Source: the human T2T-CHM13v2.0 reference genome, Homo sapiens
Strand: one strand, 5' to 3'
Assembly: GCF_009914755.1 (NCBI RefSeq)
Contig: NC_060927.1
Length of the DNA: 64,000 nucleotides
The position numbers and the translations under genes were made by a program. Below are positions 29,740 through 43,000 of this stretch, piece after piece (position 1 is the stretch's first letter; each line of letters begins with the position of its first letter). The notes below the pieces were generated by a model, which worked only from the letters and a program-made list of their open reading frames with translations, did not search any database and was not told the DNA's origin.

Positions 29740-31614
29740 CTTTTATTTTAGATTCAGGAATACAAGTGCAGGCGTGTTATATAGATAAACTCGTGTCACG
29801 GGGGTTTGATGTACAGATTATTTTGTCACCCAGGTACTAAGCCTAATAACCAATAGGTATTATTTCTGCTCCTCTCCATCCTCCCATCCTCTGGTAGGCC
29901 CCAGAGTCTGTTGTTCCCCTCTTTGTGTCCATGTGTTCTCATAATTTAGCTCCCACTTGTAAGTGAGAACATGCTATATTTGGTTTTCTGATCTTGTGTT
30001 CGTTTGCTAAGGATAATGACCTTCAGCTTCATCCATGCCCCTGCAAAGGACATGGTCACATTCTTTTTTATAGCTGCATAGTATTCTACAGTGTATATGT
30101 ACCACATTTTCTTCATTCAGTCTATCATTAATGGGCATTTGGGTTTATTCCATGTCTTTGCTATTGGGAATAGTGCCAAAATGAACATATGTGTGCATGT
30201 GTCTTTATAAAAGAATAATTTATATTCCTTTGGGTGTATACCCAGTAATGGGATTGTGGGTCAAATGGTATTTCTGTTTTTACGTCTTTGAGGAATCGCC
30301 ACACTGTCTTCCACAATGGCTGAACTAATTTACACTCCCACTAATAGTGTATAGTGTCCCTTTTTCTCCACAACCTCACCACCAGAGTCTATTTTTTTTT
30401 ATTTTTTAATAATAGCTATTCTGACTGGTGTTAGCTGGTATCTCACTGAGGTTTTGATTGGCATTTCTCTAATGATCAATGATATTGAGCTTTTTTTCAT
30501 ATGATTGTTGGCTGCATGTATGTCTTCTTTTGAAAAGTGTCTGTTTATGTCCTTTGCCTACTTCTTAATGGGTTTTTTTTCCTTATAAATTTCTTTAAGT
30601 TCCTTATGGATGGTAAATATTAGACCTTTGTCAGATGCATACTTTGCAAAAATTTTCTCTCACAATGTAGGTTGTCTGTTTACCCTGTTGATAGTTTCTT
30701 TTGCTGTGCAGAAAGTCTTTAGTTTAATTGGATCCCATTGGTCAATTTTTGCTTTTGTTGCAATTGCTCCGGGTGTCTTTGTCATGAAATCTTTGCCAGT
30801 TCCTATGTCCTGAATGGTATCGCCTAGGTGGTCTTCCAGGGTTTTCATAGTTTTAGGTTTTACATTTAAGTCTTTAATCCATCTTGAGTTAATTTTTGTA
30901 TATGCTGTAGGGAAGGGATCCACTTTTAATCTTTCACTTGTGGCTAGCCAGTTATCCCAGCACCATTTATTGAATAGGGAATCCTTTCCCTATTGCTTAT
31001 TTTTTGTCAGGTTTGTTTAAGATCAGATAGTTGTATGTGTGCAGTCTTATTTCTGGGTTCTCTATTCTGTTGCATTGGTCTATGTGTCTGTTCTTCTACC
31101 AGTAACATGCTGTTTTGGTTGCTGTAGCCCTGTAATATAGTTTAAAGTCAAGTAGTGTGATGCCTCCAACTTTGTTCTTTTGCTAGGATTGCTTTGGCTG
31201 TTCAGGCTCTTTTTTGGTTTCATATGAATTTTACAGTAATTTTTCCTAGTTTGTGAAGAATATCAATGGTAGTTTAATAGTAGTAGTATTGAATCCATAA
31301 ATTGTTTTGGGCAGTATGGCCATTTTAATGATATTGATTCTTCCTATCCATGGGCATGGAATGTTTTCCATTTGTTGTCTCTCTGATTTCTTTGAGCAGT
31401 GGTTTGTAGTTCTCCTTGTAGAGATATTTCACCTCCCTAGTTAGCTGTATTTCTAGGTATTTTATTCTTTTGTGGCAATTGTGAATGGGAGTTCATTCCT
31501 GATTTGGCTCTCATCTTAACTGTTGTTGGTGTCTACAAATGCAGTGATTTTTGCACATTGATTTTGTATCCTGAAGTTTTGCCAAAGTTGTTTATCTGCT
31601 TAAATAGCTTTGGG
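29740..31614 (-). mobile_element. L1PA13-16-like element A, 3' part (outer layer of the nest)
   Basis: 3' UTR AAACTCGTGTCACGGGGGTTTG...TACAGATTATTTTGTCACCCAGGTAC. ORF2 C-terminus ([18 protein letters not shown]). The sequence resumes seamlessly after the L1PB at ~44950. Confidence 0.85.
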
Positions 31615-31621
31615 AAAGCAA

Positions 31622-33142
31622 TTGAGGGATCATGATGGCAGGCGGGAAGCAAGACTAGATTGCAGCTCTGACTCAGATGGACAGAGAAGCGTGTGGAGGT
31701 TTGCATCATGAATTTTAGCTCCAGAATGACTGAAGAACAAACGAGGAATCCCTAGAGGACCCACAGACCCTCTGAAGGAAGTGGACTGCTCCTGCAGGAC
31801 CCGGGAGACACCTCAAATACTATGAGTGACCACACTGTGGAAGTGGGAAAGGGAGATCCTCTGATCCCGAACACACCTCCCCACTGGGGAAACTGAAGGT
31901 CTAGTTTGCAGGAGAAGTTTCTGACCTTAGCTGGAACTGAGTCAATTTAGAGAGGTAAGCAAAATACAGGAGTAAAAGAAGCAGTGAGAAAGGCCCTGGG
32001 AGCTCACTGGGTCCCCAAGCAAGCCATTCCTGCCTGGCATCACAGGGATCCTTTTGGAGGGTGACCAGAGGAGAAGGGAGTAAAACTACGCAGGGAGAAG
32101 CAAATCCCTAGCTGAACTTTGTAACAATTTGAACTAGGGTGAGAAGCCTCCTGGCCAGAACTGGGGGGAGGGTGCAAATCCGGTACGCAGGCTTCACAGG
32201 CTGGGGAAGAACCAAGCCCTTTTCTTTTGCAGCTGGGAGGTGGGTACCCTGGGGCAAGTTCTCAAGCCTTCGCTGCCCGCAGTCTGGAAACAGACTCAGC
32301 ACTGTTGGGGGAGCACGGTGGGAGTGAGACCGGCCTTTTAGATTGCATGGGAGCCAGGTGAGGCCTGTGACTGCAGGCTTTCCCCCACTTCCCTGACAAC
32401 CTGCATGACTCGGCACAGCAGCCATAATCCTCCTAGGTACACAATTCCATTGACCTGGGAACCTCACCCCCATCCCCCACAGCAGCTGCAGCAAGACCAG
32501 CCCAAGGAAAGTCTGAGCTCAGACACTCCTAGCCCTGCCCCCACCTGATGGGCCTTCCCTACCCTCCCTGGTAGCTAAAGACAAAGGGCATATACTCTTG
32601 GGAGTTCTAGGGCCCCACCCACCACCAGTTCCTCTCCATACTACCACAGTTGATACTCTCTGGAAAGCGCCACCTCCCAGCAGGAGGCCAACCAGCACAA
32701 AAATAGAACATTAAACCACCAAATCTAAGAACCCTCACAGAGTCCATTACACCCCCCTGCCACCTCCACCAGCACAAGTGCTGGTATCCATGGCTGAGAG
32801 ACCCATAGATGGTTCACCTCACAGGACTCTATGCAGACAACCTCCTGTACCAGCCTGGAGCCAGATAGACTTGGTGGGTGGCTAGACCCAGAAGAGAGAT
32901 AACAGTCACTACAGCTCCACTCTCAGGAAGCCACATCCATAGGAAAAGAGAGAGTACTACATCAAGGGAACACCCTGTGGAACAAAAGAATCTGAAGAAC
33001 AGCCTTCAGCCCTAGACATTCCCTCTGACAGAGCCTACCCAAATGAGAAGAAACCAGAAAACCAACTCTGGTAATATTACAGCACAAGGCTCTTTAACAC
33101 CCTCCAAAAAATCACACTAGCTCACCAGCAACGGATCCAAAC
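31622..33142 (+). mobile_element. L1PB1 5' UTR (L1PBa-type) and start of ORF1
   Basis: GACTAGATTGCAGCTC..., GACCCACAGACCCTCTGAAGGAAG. ORF1 ATG at 33043 (MRRNQKTNSGN). Confidence 0.85.
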
Positions 33143-33679
33143 TCTGTATGTCAGAGCTAAAAGTGGGAGATGCAGTCACTCAACTATGAAATTTAAATAC
33201 AATGGGAATAATTGGATCCAAAGGTGGCAAAGGCCAAGTGGCAGCACTCAACTGTCAAAGGCAAGGTGGGCATAGTTACTGTAATGGGCAGCAGAGACAA
33301 AGTGGCAATCAGAATAGTATGACTTGTGTAGAGTTCTGGCATTGGCTAATTAATCACGGTGTTCCTAGAAGTGAAATTGATAGGAAGCCTACTGCATTCC
33401 TACTTAAATTATACAAACAAACAACTTCTAGATTGAATGGATGAAAGACTAATTTGAATTATAAAAACAGAGAATCATGGCCTCTCAATCAATTTCCAGA
33501 CTTGAGCCAGTTTTCAGACCCAGAACCCCTTGAATGAAGGGGAGGCCTGGTCCCCTTGAGGAAGGACCCACTACATTGCTGACATTTATGCAGTGAATCT
33601 TTCTCCCATCCTTCCCTAAGGAGACCTCTGGCCTTTTATCAGGGTAACTGCATTGCGGAAAGGGAAATGATCAGACATT

Positions 33680-36600
33680 TGGGGACTATTGGACACTGGC
33701 TCTGAGCTGACTTTGATTCCAGGGAACCCAAAACCTCACTGTGGTCTTCCAGTTAAGGTAGAGGCTTATGGAAGTCAGGTAATTAATGGAGTTTTAGCTC
33801 AGGTCTGACTTACAGTGGGTCCAGTGGGTCCCCAGACTCATCCTGTGGTCATTTCCCCAGTTTCAGAAAGCATAATTGGCATAGAAATACTCAGCAGCTG
33901 GCAGAACCCCCACATTGGCTCCCTGACTGGCAAGGTGAGGGTTATTATGGTGGGAAAGGCCAAATGGAAACCATTAGAGCTGCCTCTACATATAAAAATA
34001 GTAAATCAAAAACAATATCACATCCCTGAAGGAGTTACGGTGATTAGTGCCACCATCAAGGAGACTTGAAAGACGCACAAGTGGTGATTCCCACCACATC
34101 CCTGTACAACTTTCCCATTTGGCCTGTGCAGAAGACAGGTGGATTTTGGAGAATGACAGTGGATGACTGTAAGCTTAACCAAGTAGTGACTCCAATTGCA
34201 GCTGCTGTACCAGATGTGGTTTCATTGCTTGAGCAAATTAACACATCTCCTGGTAACTGGTATGCAGCCATTGACTTGGCAAATGCCTTCTTCTCCATTC
34301 CTGTCTGTAAGGCCCACCAGAAGCAATTTGTCTTCAGCTGGCAAGGCCAGCAATATACCTTTACTGTCCTACCTCAGGGGTATATGAACTTTCTGGCTTT
34401 GTGTCATAATCATATTCAGAGAGGTTTTTTTTTTAAGGTAGAACCTAGCATTTTATTTAGATCTTCATTAAACTGTTGGAATTGAGAACCAGACATACGT
34501 AATAAACCTCCAAAAATAGATCCTGAAAGGCACTTTCTGCTTAGGGCAAGCAGTCATGGAATAAGCATGTAAACAAGCTGGCTTCTCTGTACCACACCAG
34601 CCAAGTCAGCTTTCTCCACGGCCAGCTGCACCAGCTCTGCCCTTCCTTCTGTTAACACCAGCCAGATCCCCTGTAGGTCTAACCCAAGGTTTTTCTGTAG
34701 GACACCTTGGCCTACCTGGGAATGCTGGAAACATGTTGTTAAAGGAATCATGGTGTTGAGAGAAAAAAAAAATCTTTTAAAAGCTGCCATCTGAGGTGAT
34801 GGCTTCTCTGTACTTACGCCATACCCCAGAATACAATAAGCAATTAGAAAATGTTCAAGTATGAAGGGATTTCCTCCTCCCCACCAAAAACACTGCTCTC
34901 TGAAGGAAGCTGGTTTCTCTGTAGCTCCACCAGCTGTTCAGAAAGCTCATTGGACCTGGTTTTGAAAATAAAACAAAGTTAAAACACTGGGAGGAGTTAT
35001 TGTGCAGTGTGGAGTACTCAGGCTTTCTTATAAAGAAAAAAAAAGTTATCTGGTACCAAAGTGTGTAACCTACAGACCCTCAGGTACTGCCCTGTGACTT
35101 CTCTGTATGACATCACAAGGCTGCCAAGTGCCTGTTTTTCTAGAACTAGGAGTTGGTGACGTTTGGCTAGTGCTGAAACCATGCATAGGATTGGTTTACT
35201 AAATTAAAACCTTATTACCTACATCCTCCAAAAGACAGTTGGAAGTGGAGAGATTTTGATTTGGTACTGTTAGAGGTGGCAATGAAGAGCATAAGCACCA
35301 GGGAGATGGTTTAATGGTAACTGCCTTTTTTGATGTTAGGCTGCAGCTCCAACTGGGAACTTGCGTTACATGCAAGATTGATTGGATAGGGAACACTCCC
35401 TGACAAAGAGCTACATAATTAGAAATGGATCAAGTTACAGGGAGGATAAGGGGAAGGCTTCACATTCATAATAGAGCTCAAGACATTACAAATTCATGCT
35501 GACAGGGCTGTGGCATTGCCAGACAGAGGCTATAAGTGGAACTACAAGTACTTTACGTGCGTATTACAAGGACATTTTCAGCATCTGGTGGGAAAGTCAA
35601 TGCAATTATGACTTTGGAGCATTGGGTGATAGGGCACAAAGGTTCAATTTCAAAGCATTATTTACTACAGTGTTGTTTCTAGGCAGTTACATGGATCACC
35701 TATGCTCACTAAATTCATTATAATGGTGAACAAAACACCTAGGGACAGAATAGCAAGCCCAACTTACAGTCCCCCACAAAAGCTAAAATTCATGTCATTG
35801 ACTAGAGTGACTGCAACGGATCAGGAGCTCAAAGAGGACAGGAAAATTTAGGAAGGAGGGCCCTTTCCCTCAGAGCTTGAAGGCTTCTCTGTATCCTATG
35901 CCAACAAGTCTGGGGAGAAAAGGCTAACACTTTCAATATTTAAGCTTTTTGGGCACTTCCCATGGGAAGCTGTCCCTACCAAAGTGGCCATAGGCTACAG
36001 TCCTCTGATAAATTGGCTTCTTCAGATCCAGATCCCTGGAATAGACAAGTCCGTAACTTAATATGTAGCATTAAATTAAAATAAAGCAAAACAATCAGCA
36101 AGACTCATTTTCAAGAGCTCTGGCAAATGAGTTCTCTGGGATATGCTAGGAAAAATATTTGTGGCAAAAGTGTTACTTCCCTGGTGTCCAAACTCCTTGC
36201 ACAGTCCTTATTAGTAACTATAGTTATTTTTCCATCCCTGGCTCAACAAATACGAAAACTTGTCATTATTCTGAGAAATTTCAATTGTCAAAAAGCTCAT
36301 CTGAGATCACAGAATACTTACCAAGGTCCCACCGCCCACACCCTACCATGGTTTTTACATTGTAACAAACCTTGAGCATCCCGTTTTATCTCTATTTTCT
36401 CAACACTCTTAGGTAAGAAGAGCACAAAGCTCAAATATCAAATCTGGAAGATTCTCTAGAGTCGTTAGCCTAAGCCATGGAGCACCGTAATTTTAAATTT
36501 CTCAAATAACTAAGTCTTCACCAAGGTAGTAGTTCAAAACTGTTCTAGGAATTAAAATATATTCCCATTTGAGGAGTCTTCCTTCACACCTTCACCTCCT

Positions 36601-39180
36601 CAGCCTTAAGTATATATACACACACCCATACCCTCAATACTTGACTAGCAATAGGCTTTACCATCTTTACCTGACAATGACCCCAGGGCGGAGATAGAAA
36701 TTATTCTTCACAATCTCTAATAGCTTTCTCAGAGAGATTTTGATCACTTTTTGCTTTGGCAAGATATCACACTGGTCCATTACATTGATGACATTATGCT
36801 GATTGGATCCAGTGAGCAAGAAGTAGCAAACACACTGGACTTATTGGTGAGACATTTGCATGCCAGAGGTTGGGAAATAAATCTGACTAAAATTCAGTGA
36901 CCTTCTACCTCAGTAAAATTTCTAGGGGTCCACTGGTGTGGGGTCTGTTGAGATATTCCTTCTAAGATAAAGGATACATTGCTGCATTTGATCCCTCCTA
37001 CAACCAAGAAAGAGACACAATACCTAGTGAGCCTATTTAGATTTTGGAGACAACACATTCCTCATTTGGGTGTGTTATTCCAGCCCATTTATCAAGTGAC
37101 CCGAAATGCTGCCAGTTTTGAGAGGGATTCCAGAACAGGAGGAGACTCTGCAAGAGGTCTAGGCTGCTGTGCAAGATGCTCTGCCACTTGGGGCATATGA
37201 TCCAGGAGATCCAATGGTGCTTGAGGTGTCAGTGGCAGATATGGATGCTGTTTGGAGCCTTTGGCAGGCTCCCATAGGTGAATCACAGCAGAGGCCTCTA
37301 GGATTTTGAGCAAGCCCCTTCCATCTTCTGCAGATAACTACTCTCCTTTTGAGAGAGCTCTTGGCCTGCTACTGGGCTTTGGTGGAAACTGAACGTTTGA
37401 CTATGGGCCATCAAGTCACCATGCAACCTGAATTGCCTTTCATGAACTGGGTGCTTTCTAACCCATCTAGACATAAAGTAGGTCATGCACAGCAGCATTC
37501 CATCATCAAATGAAAGTGGTATATATGTGATCAGGCTCGAGCAGGTCCTGAAGGCACAAGTAAGTTACATGAGGAAGTGACTCAAAAGCCCATGGTCTTC
37601 ACTCCTTCCCCCCTGCCTTCTCTCCCCCAGCCTGCACTGATGGCCTCATAAGGAGTTCCCTATGATAAGTTGACAGAGGGAGAGAAGACTAGGGCCTGGT
37701 TCACAGATGGTTCTGCACGATATGCAGGCACCACCCAAAAGTGAAGAGCTGCAGCCCTATAGCCCCTTTCTAGGACATCCCTGAAGGACAGCAGTGAAGG
37801 GAAATCTTCCCAGTGGGCAGAATTTTGAGCAATGCACCTGGTTGTGCACTTTGCATGGAAGAAGAAATGGCCAGAGGTGTGATTATATACTGATTCATGG
37901 GCTGTAGCCAATGGTTTGGCTGGATGGTCAGGGAATTGGAAGAAGCATGATTGGAAAATTGGTGACAAAGAAATTTGGGGAAGAAGTATGTGAATGGACC
38001 TCTGTCAGTGGTCAAAAACTGAAGATATTTGTATCCCATATGAGTGCTTACCAATGGGTGACCTCACTGAAGGAGGAGTTTAATAATCAAATGGATAGGA
38101 TGGCCTGTTCTGTGGACACCACTCAGCCTCTTTCCCCAGCCGCCCCTGTCATTGCCCAGTGGGCCCATGAACAAAGTGGCCATAGTGGCAGGGATGGAGG
38201 TTACACATGGGCTCAGCAACATGGACTTCCACTCACCAAGGCTGACCTGGCTGCAGCCACTGCTGAGAACCCAATTTGCCAGCAGCAGAGACCAACACTG
38301 AGCCCTCAATATGGCACCATTCCTCGGGGTGATCAGCCAGCTACCTGGTGGCTGGTTGATTATATTGGACCTCTTCCATCATGGAAAGGGCAGAGGTTTG
38401 TCCTCACCGGAATAGACACTTACTCTGGATATGGGTTTGCCTATCCTCCACGCAGTGCTTCAGCCAGGACTACCAACTGTGGGCTCACGGAATGCCTTAT
38501 CCACCACTGTGGTATTCCACACAGCATTGCCTCTGACCAAGACACTCATTGCATTTGGCAGTAGACTCATGCTCATAGAATTCACTGGTCTCACCATGTT
38601 CCCCATCATCCTGAGCAGCAGGATTGATAGCTGGAATGGGCTTTTGAAGTCATAATTACAATGCCAACTAGGAGACAATACTTTGCAGGGCTGGGGCAAA
38701 GTCCTCCAGAAGGCTGTGTATGCTCTGAATCAGTGTCTAATATGTGATACTGTTCCTCCCATAACCAGGATTTATGGGTCCAGGAATGAAGGGGTGGAAG
38801 TGGAAGTGGCACCACTCACCATTACCCCTAGTGACTCACTAGCAAAATTTTTGTTTCCTGTTCCCGCGACATTACGTTCTGCTGGCCTAGAGGTCTTAGT
38901 TCCAGAGGGAGGAATGCTGCCACCTGGAGACACAACAATTCAATTAAACTGGAAGTTAATATTGCCACTTTGGGCTCCTCCTACCTTTAAGTCAATAGGC
39001 TAAGAAGGGAGTTACAGTGTTGGCTGGGGTGATTGACCCAGACTATCAAGATGAAATCAGTCTACTACTCCACAATGGAGGTAAGGAATAGTACTTACGG
39101 AATACAGGAGATGAACTAGGGCATCTTAGTGTTATCATGCCCTGTGATTAAGATCAATGGGAAACTACAATAGCCCAATC
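33680..39180 (+). pseudogene. HERV-L pro-pol-dut, with multiple stops and frameshifts and split by a 2.3-kb insertion
   Basis: ORF fragments 33815-34069, 34066-34485, 36979-37200, 37911-38564 and 38683-39003. Confidence 0.88.
34425..36728 (-). pseudogene. Processed retrocopy of a polyadenylated cellular transcript (3'UTR-like, 5'-truncated); parent gene not identified
   Basis: Poly-T at 34425-34434. AATAAA on the minus strand (TTTATT 34452-34457) ~18 nt from the tail. TSD TCAGAGAG(G/A)TTTT at 34416-34428 and 36729-36741. Non-ERV sequence with no long ORF. Confidence 0.85.
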
Positions 39181-39674
39181 CAGGCAGGACTACAAATGAC
39201 CCAGACCCTTCAGGAATGAAGGTTTGGGTCACTCCACCAGGAAAAAACCTCAACCTGCTGAGGTGCTTGCTGAAAGCAAAGGGAATACAGAATGGGTAGT
39301 AGAAGAAGGTAGTCATCAATACCAGCTATGACCACGTGACCAGCTGCAGAAATGAGGACTGTAATTGTCATGAGTATTTTCTCCTTCTTTTGTTAAACAT
39401 GTTTGTGCATGTATACACTTTTACTAAGAAAATATCTTAATTTTATTTCCTTTCTCCTTTATCATGTGACATAAGATTTATTGACTTCATATCAGCATTT
39501 AAGTATCATTAACTTTATGTAATAGTATTTGAGTTGAGGATTGGTGGGTTTCTGGTTGTACGAAGGATAGTTGTCTTATGTTAGGCATAATTATGACCTT
39601 ATCATTGTCTTTATCTGAAGACTATGTATTATCACAGGATATGTATATGGGTTCAAGTTGACAAGGGATGGACT

Positions 39675-40018
39675 TGTGATGGTTAATACTGAGTGTCAAC
39701 TTGATTGGATTGAAGGATACAAAGTATTGATCCTGGGTGTGTCTGTGAAGGTGTTGCCAAAAGAGATTAACATTTGAGTCCGTGGACTGGGGAAGGCAGA
39801 TCCACACTTCATCTGGTAGGCATAATCTAATCAGCTGCCAGTGAATATAAACTGAGCAGAAAAATGTGAAAAAGAGAGACAGGTCTAGGCTCCCAGCCGA
39901 CATCTTTCTCCCATGCTATATGCTTCCTGCCCACAAGTCTGATATATGTATATGTGTGTGTATGTATGTATATATATATATTCTATTACTTCTCTCCCTC
40001 TAAGAGAACCCTAATACA
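39675..40018 (+). mobile_element. HERV-L 3' LTR, MLT2A1-like, internally deleted
   Basis: TGTGATGGTTAATACTGAGTGTCAACTTGATTGGATTG ... GAGAACCCTAATACA. The segment containing AATAAA is absent between ~39930 and the (TA)n tract. Confidence 0.88.
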
Positions 40019-43000
40019 CAAGGAAATAGAGAGCATAAAGAAAAAAACAATGAAAATTTCAGGAAAAATTGGACACACTTATAGAAATCCAAAATGATCT
40101 GGAAAGTCTCAGCAATAGAATTGAACAAGTAGAAGAAAGGAATTCAGAGCTTGAAGACAAGGTCTCCAAATTAACCCAATCTAACAAAGACAAAGAAAAT
40201 AGAATAAGAAAACATGAACAAAGCCTCCAAGAAGTCTGAGATTATGTTAAAAGACCAAACCTAAGAATAATCGGTGTTCCTGAGGAAGAAGAGTAATCTA
40301 AAACTTTGGAAAACATATTTGGGGGAATGATAGAGGAAAACTTCCCCAGCCTTGCTAGAGACCTAGACATCCAAATGTAAGAAGCACAAAGAACACCTCG
40401 GAAAGTCATCACAAAAAGATCATTGCCTAGGCACATTGTCATCAGGTTATCTAAAGTTAAGATGAGGGAAAGAATCTTAAGAGCTGTGAGACAAAAGCTC
40501 CAGGTAACCTATAAAGGAAAACCTATCAGATTGACAGCAGATTTCTCAGCAGAAACCTTACAAGCTAAAAGAGATTGGGGCCCTATCTCCTCAAACAAAA
40601 CAATTTTATCAGCCAAGAATTTTGTATTCAGTGAAACTAAGCATCATATATGAAGGAAAGATACAGTATTTTTCAGACAAACAAATGCTGAGAGAATTTG
40701 CCACTAACAAGCCACCACTACAAGAACTGCTAAAAGGAGCTCTAAGTCTTGAAACAAATCCTGGGAACACATCAAAACAGAACCTTTTTAAAGCATAAAT
40801 CACATAGGACCTATAAAACAAAAATACAATTTAAAAGCAAAAACAAACAAACAAAAGAAATCAAGGTACACAGGCAACAAACAGCACAATAAATGTGATG
40901 ATACCTCACATCTCAATACTAACGTTGAATGTAAATGGCCTAAATGCTCCACTTAAAAGAACTGCAGAATGGATGAGAACTCACCAACCATCTACTGCCT
41001 TCAGGAGACTTACGACACATAAGGACTCACATAAACTTAAAGTAAAGGGTAGAAAAATGCATTTCATGCAAATGGACACCAAAAGTGAGAAGGGGTAACT
41101 ATTCTTATATCAGACAAAGCAAACTTTAAAGCAAAAGCAGTCAAAAGAGAAAAAGAGGGACATTATATATAATGGTAAAGGCCTTGTCCAACAGGAAAAT
41201 ATCACAATCCTAAACACATATGCACCTAATGCTGGAGCTCCCAAATTTATAAAACAATTACTACTAGACCTAAGAAATGAGATAGACAGCAATACAATAA
41301 TAATGGGGGACTTCTGTACTCCACTGACAGCACTAGAAAGGTTATCAAGACAGAAAGTCATAAAGAAACAATGTATTTAAACTATACCTTGGAACAAATC
41401 GACTTAACCGATATATACAAAACATTTCATTGAACAACTGCAGAATACACATTCTATTCAACAGCGCATAAAACTTTCTCCAAGATAGGCCATATGATAG
41501 GCCACAAAACGCACCTCGATAAATTTAAGAAAATTGAAATTGTATCAAGCACTCTCTCAGACCACAGTGGAATAAAACTGGAAATCAACTCCAAAAGGAA
41601 CCTTCAAAACTATGCAAATACATGGAAATTAAATAACCTGCTCCTGAGTGATCATTAGGTCAAAAATGAAATCAAGATAGAAATTAAAAATTTCTTTGAA
41701 CTGAACGACAATAATGACACAACCTATCAAAACCTCTGGGATACAGCAAAGGTGGTGATAAGAGGAAAGTTCATAGCCCTAAATGCCTACATCAAAAAGA
41801 CTGAAAGAGCACAAACTGACAATCTAAGGTCACACCTCAAGGAACTAGAGAAATAAGAACAAACCAAACCCAAACCCAGCAGAAAAAGGGAAATAACAAA
41901 GATCAGAGCAGAACTAAATGAAATTCAAATGAACAAACAAGCAAAAATACAAAAGATAAATGAAACAAAAAGCTGGTTCTTTGAAAAGATAAATAAAATT
42001 GATAGACCATTAGCAAGATTAACCAAGAAAAGAAGGGAGAAAATCCAAATAACCTCATTAAGAAATGGAACGGGAGATATTACAACTGACACCACAGAAA
42101 TACAGAAGATCATTCAAGGCTACTATGAACACCTTTATGCACATAAACTAGAAAACCTAGAAAAAAATAGATAAATTCCCAGAAAAATACAACCCTCCTG
42201 GCTTAAGTCAGGAAGAATTAGATATCCTGAACAGACCAATAACAAGCAGCAAGATTGAAATGGTCATTTAAAAATTACCAAAAAAAAAAAAAAATTCCAG
42301 GACCAGGCAGATTCACAGCAGAATTCTACCAGACATTCAAAGAAGAATTGGTACCAATCATTTTGACACTATTCCACAAGATAGAGAAAGAGGGAGCCCT
42401 CAGTAATTCATTCCATAAGCCAGCATCACCCTAATACCAAAACCAGAAAAGGACATAATCAAAAAAGAGAACTACAGACCGATATCCCTGATGAACACAG
42501 ATGCTAAAATCCTTAACAAAATACTAGCTAACTGAATCCAACAGCATATCAAAAAGATAATCCACCATGACCAAGTGGGTTTCATACCAGGGATGAAGGG
42601 CTAGTTTAACATATGCAAGTCAATAAATGTGATACATCACATAAACAGTATTAAAAACAAAAATTACACGATCATCTCAATAGATGCAGATAAAGCATTG
42701 GACAAAATCCAGCTTCTCTTTATAATTAAAACTCTCAGCCAAACTGGCACACAATGGACATGAGCTCAATGTAATAAAAGCCTTCTGTGACAAACCCACA
42801 GCCCACATAATACTGAATGAGAAAAAGTTCAAAGCATCCCTTTTGAGAACTGGAAAAAGACAAGGATGCCCACTCTCACCACTCCTCTTCAACATAGTAC
42901 TGGAAGTCCTAGCCAGAGCAATCAGACAAGAGAAAGAAATAAAGGGCATCCAAACTGGTAAAAAGGAAGTCAAACATTGTTACTCTTTGCTGACAATATG

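Larger units (their letters stand above)
33143..39674 (+). mobile_element. HERV-L internal region (3' gag, pro, pol, dUTPase; no env); 5' LTR and 5' gag missing
   Basis: gag peptide WLINHGVPRSEID; protease LLDTGSELTLIP (DTG at 33692-33700); RT WYAAIDLANAFFSIP, LPQGY and YIDD (36781-36792); integrase HEQSGH...DYIGPL...SDQ; dUTPase-like GLEVLVPEGGMLPPGDT after integrase; polypurine tract before the LTR. Confidence 0.92.

Noticed and set aside
33043-33444. Possible L1PB ORF1-gag fusion protein across the deletion junction
   Set aside because: The frame from ATG 33043 hits TAG at 33118-33120, before the junction.
34554-34790. ORF inside the retrocopy as the parent coding sequence
   Set aside because: It is short, lies within ~350 nt of the poly(A) tail and resembles no known protein, which is consistent with a 3'UTR.
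37911-38564. 217-aa ORF as a domesticated integrase gene
   Set aside because: It is a fragment of decayed HERV-L pol. The HHCC motif is mutated (ENPIC), the frame ends after the second catalytic Asp, and neighbouring frames contain stops.
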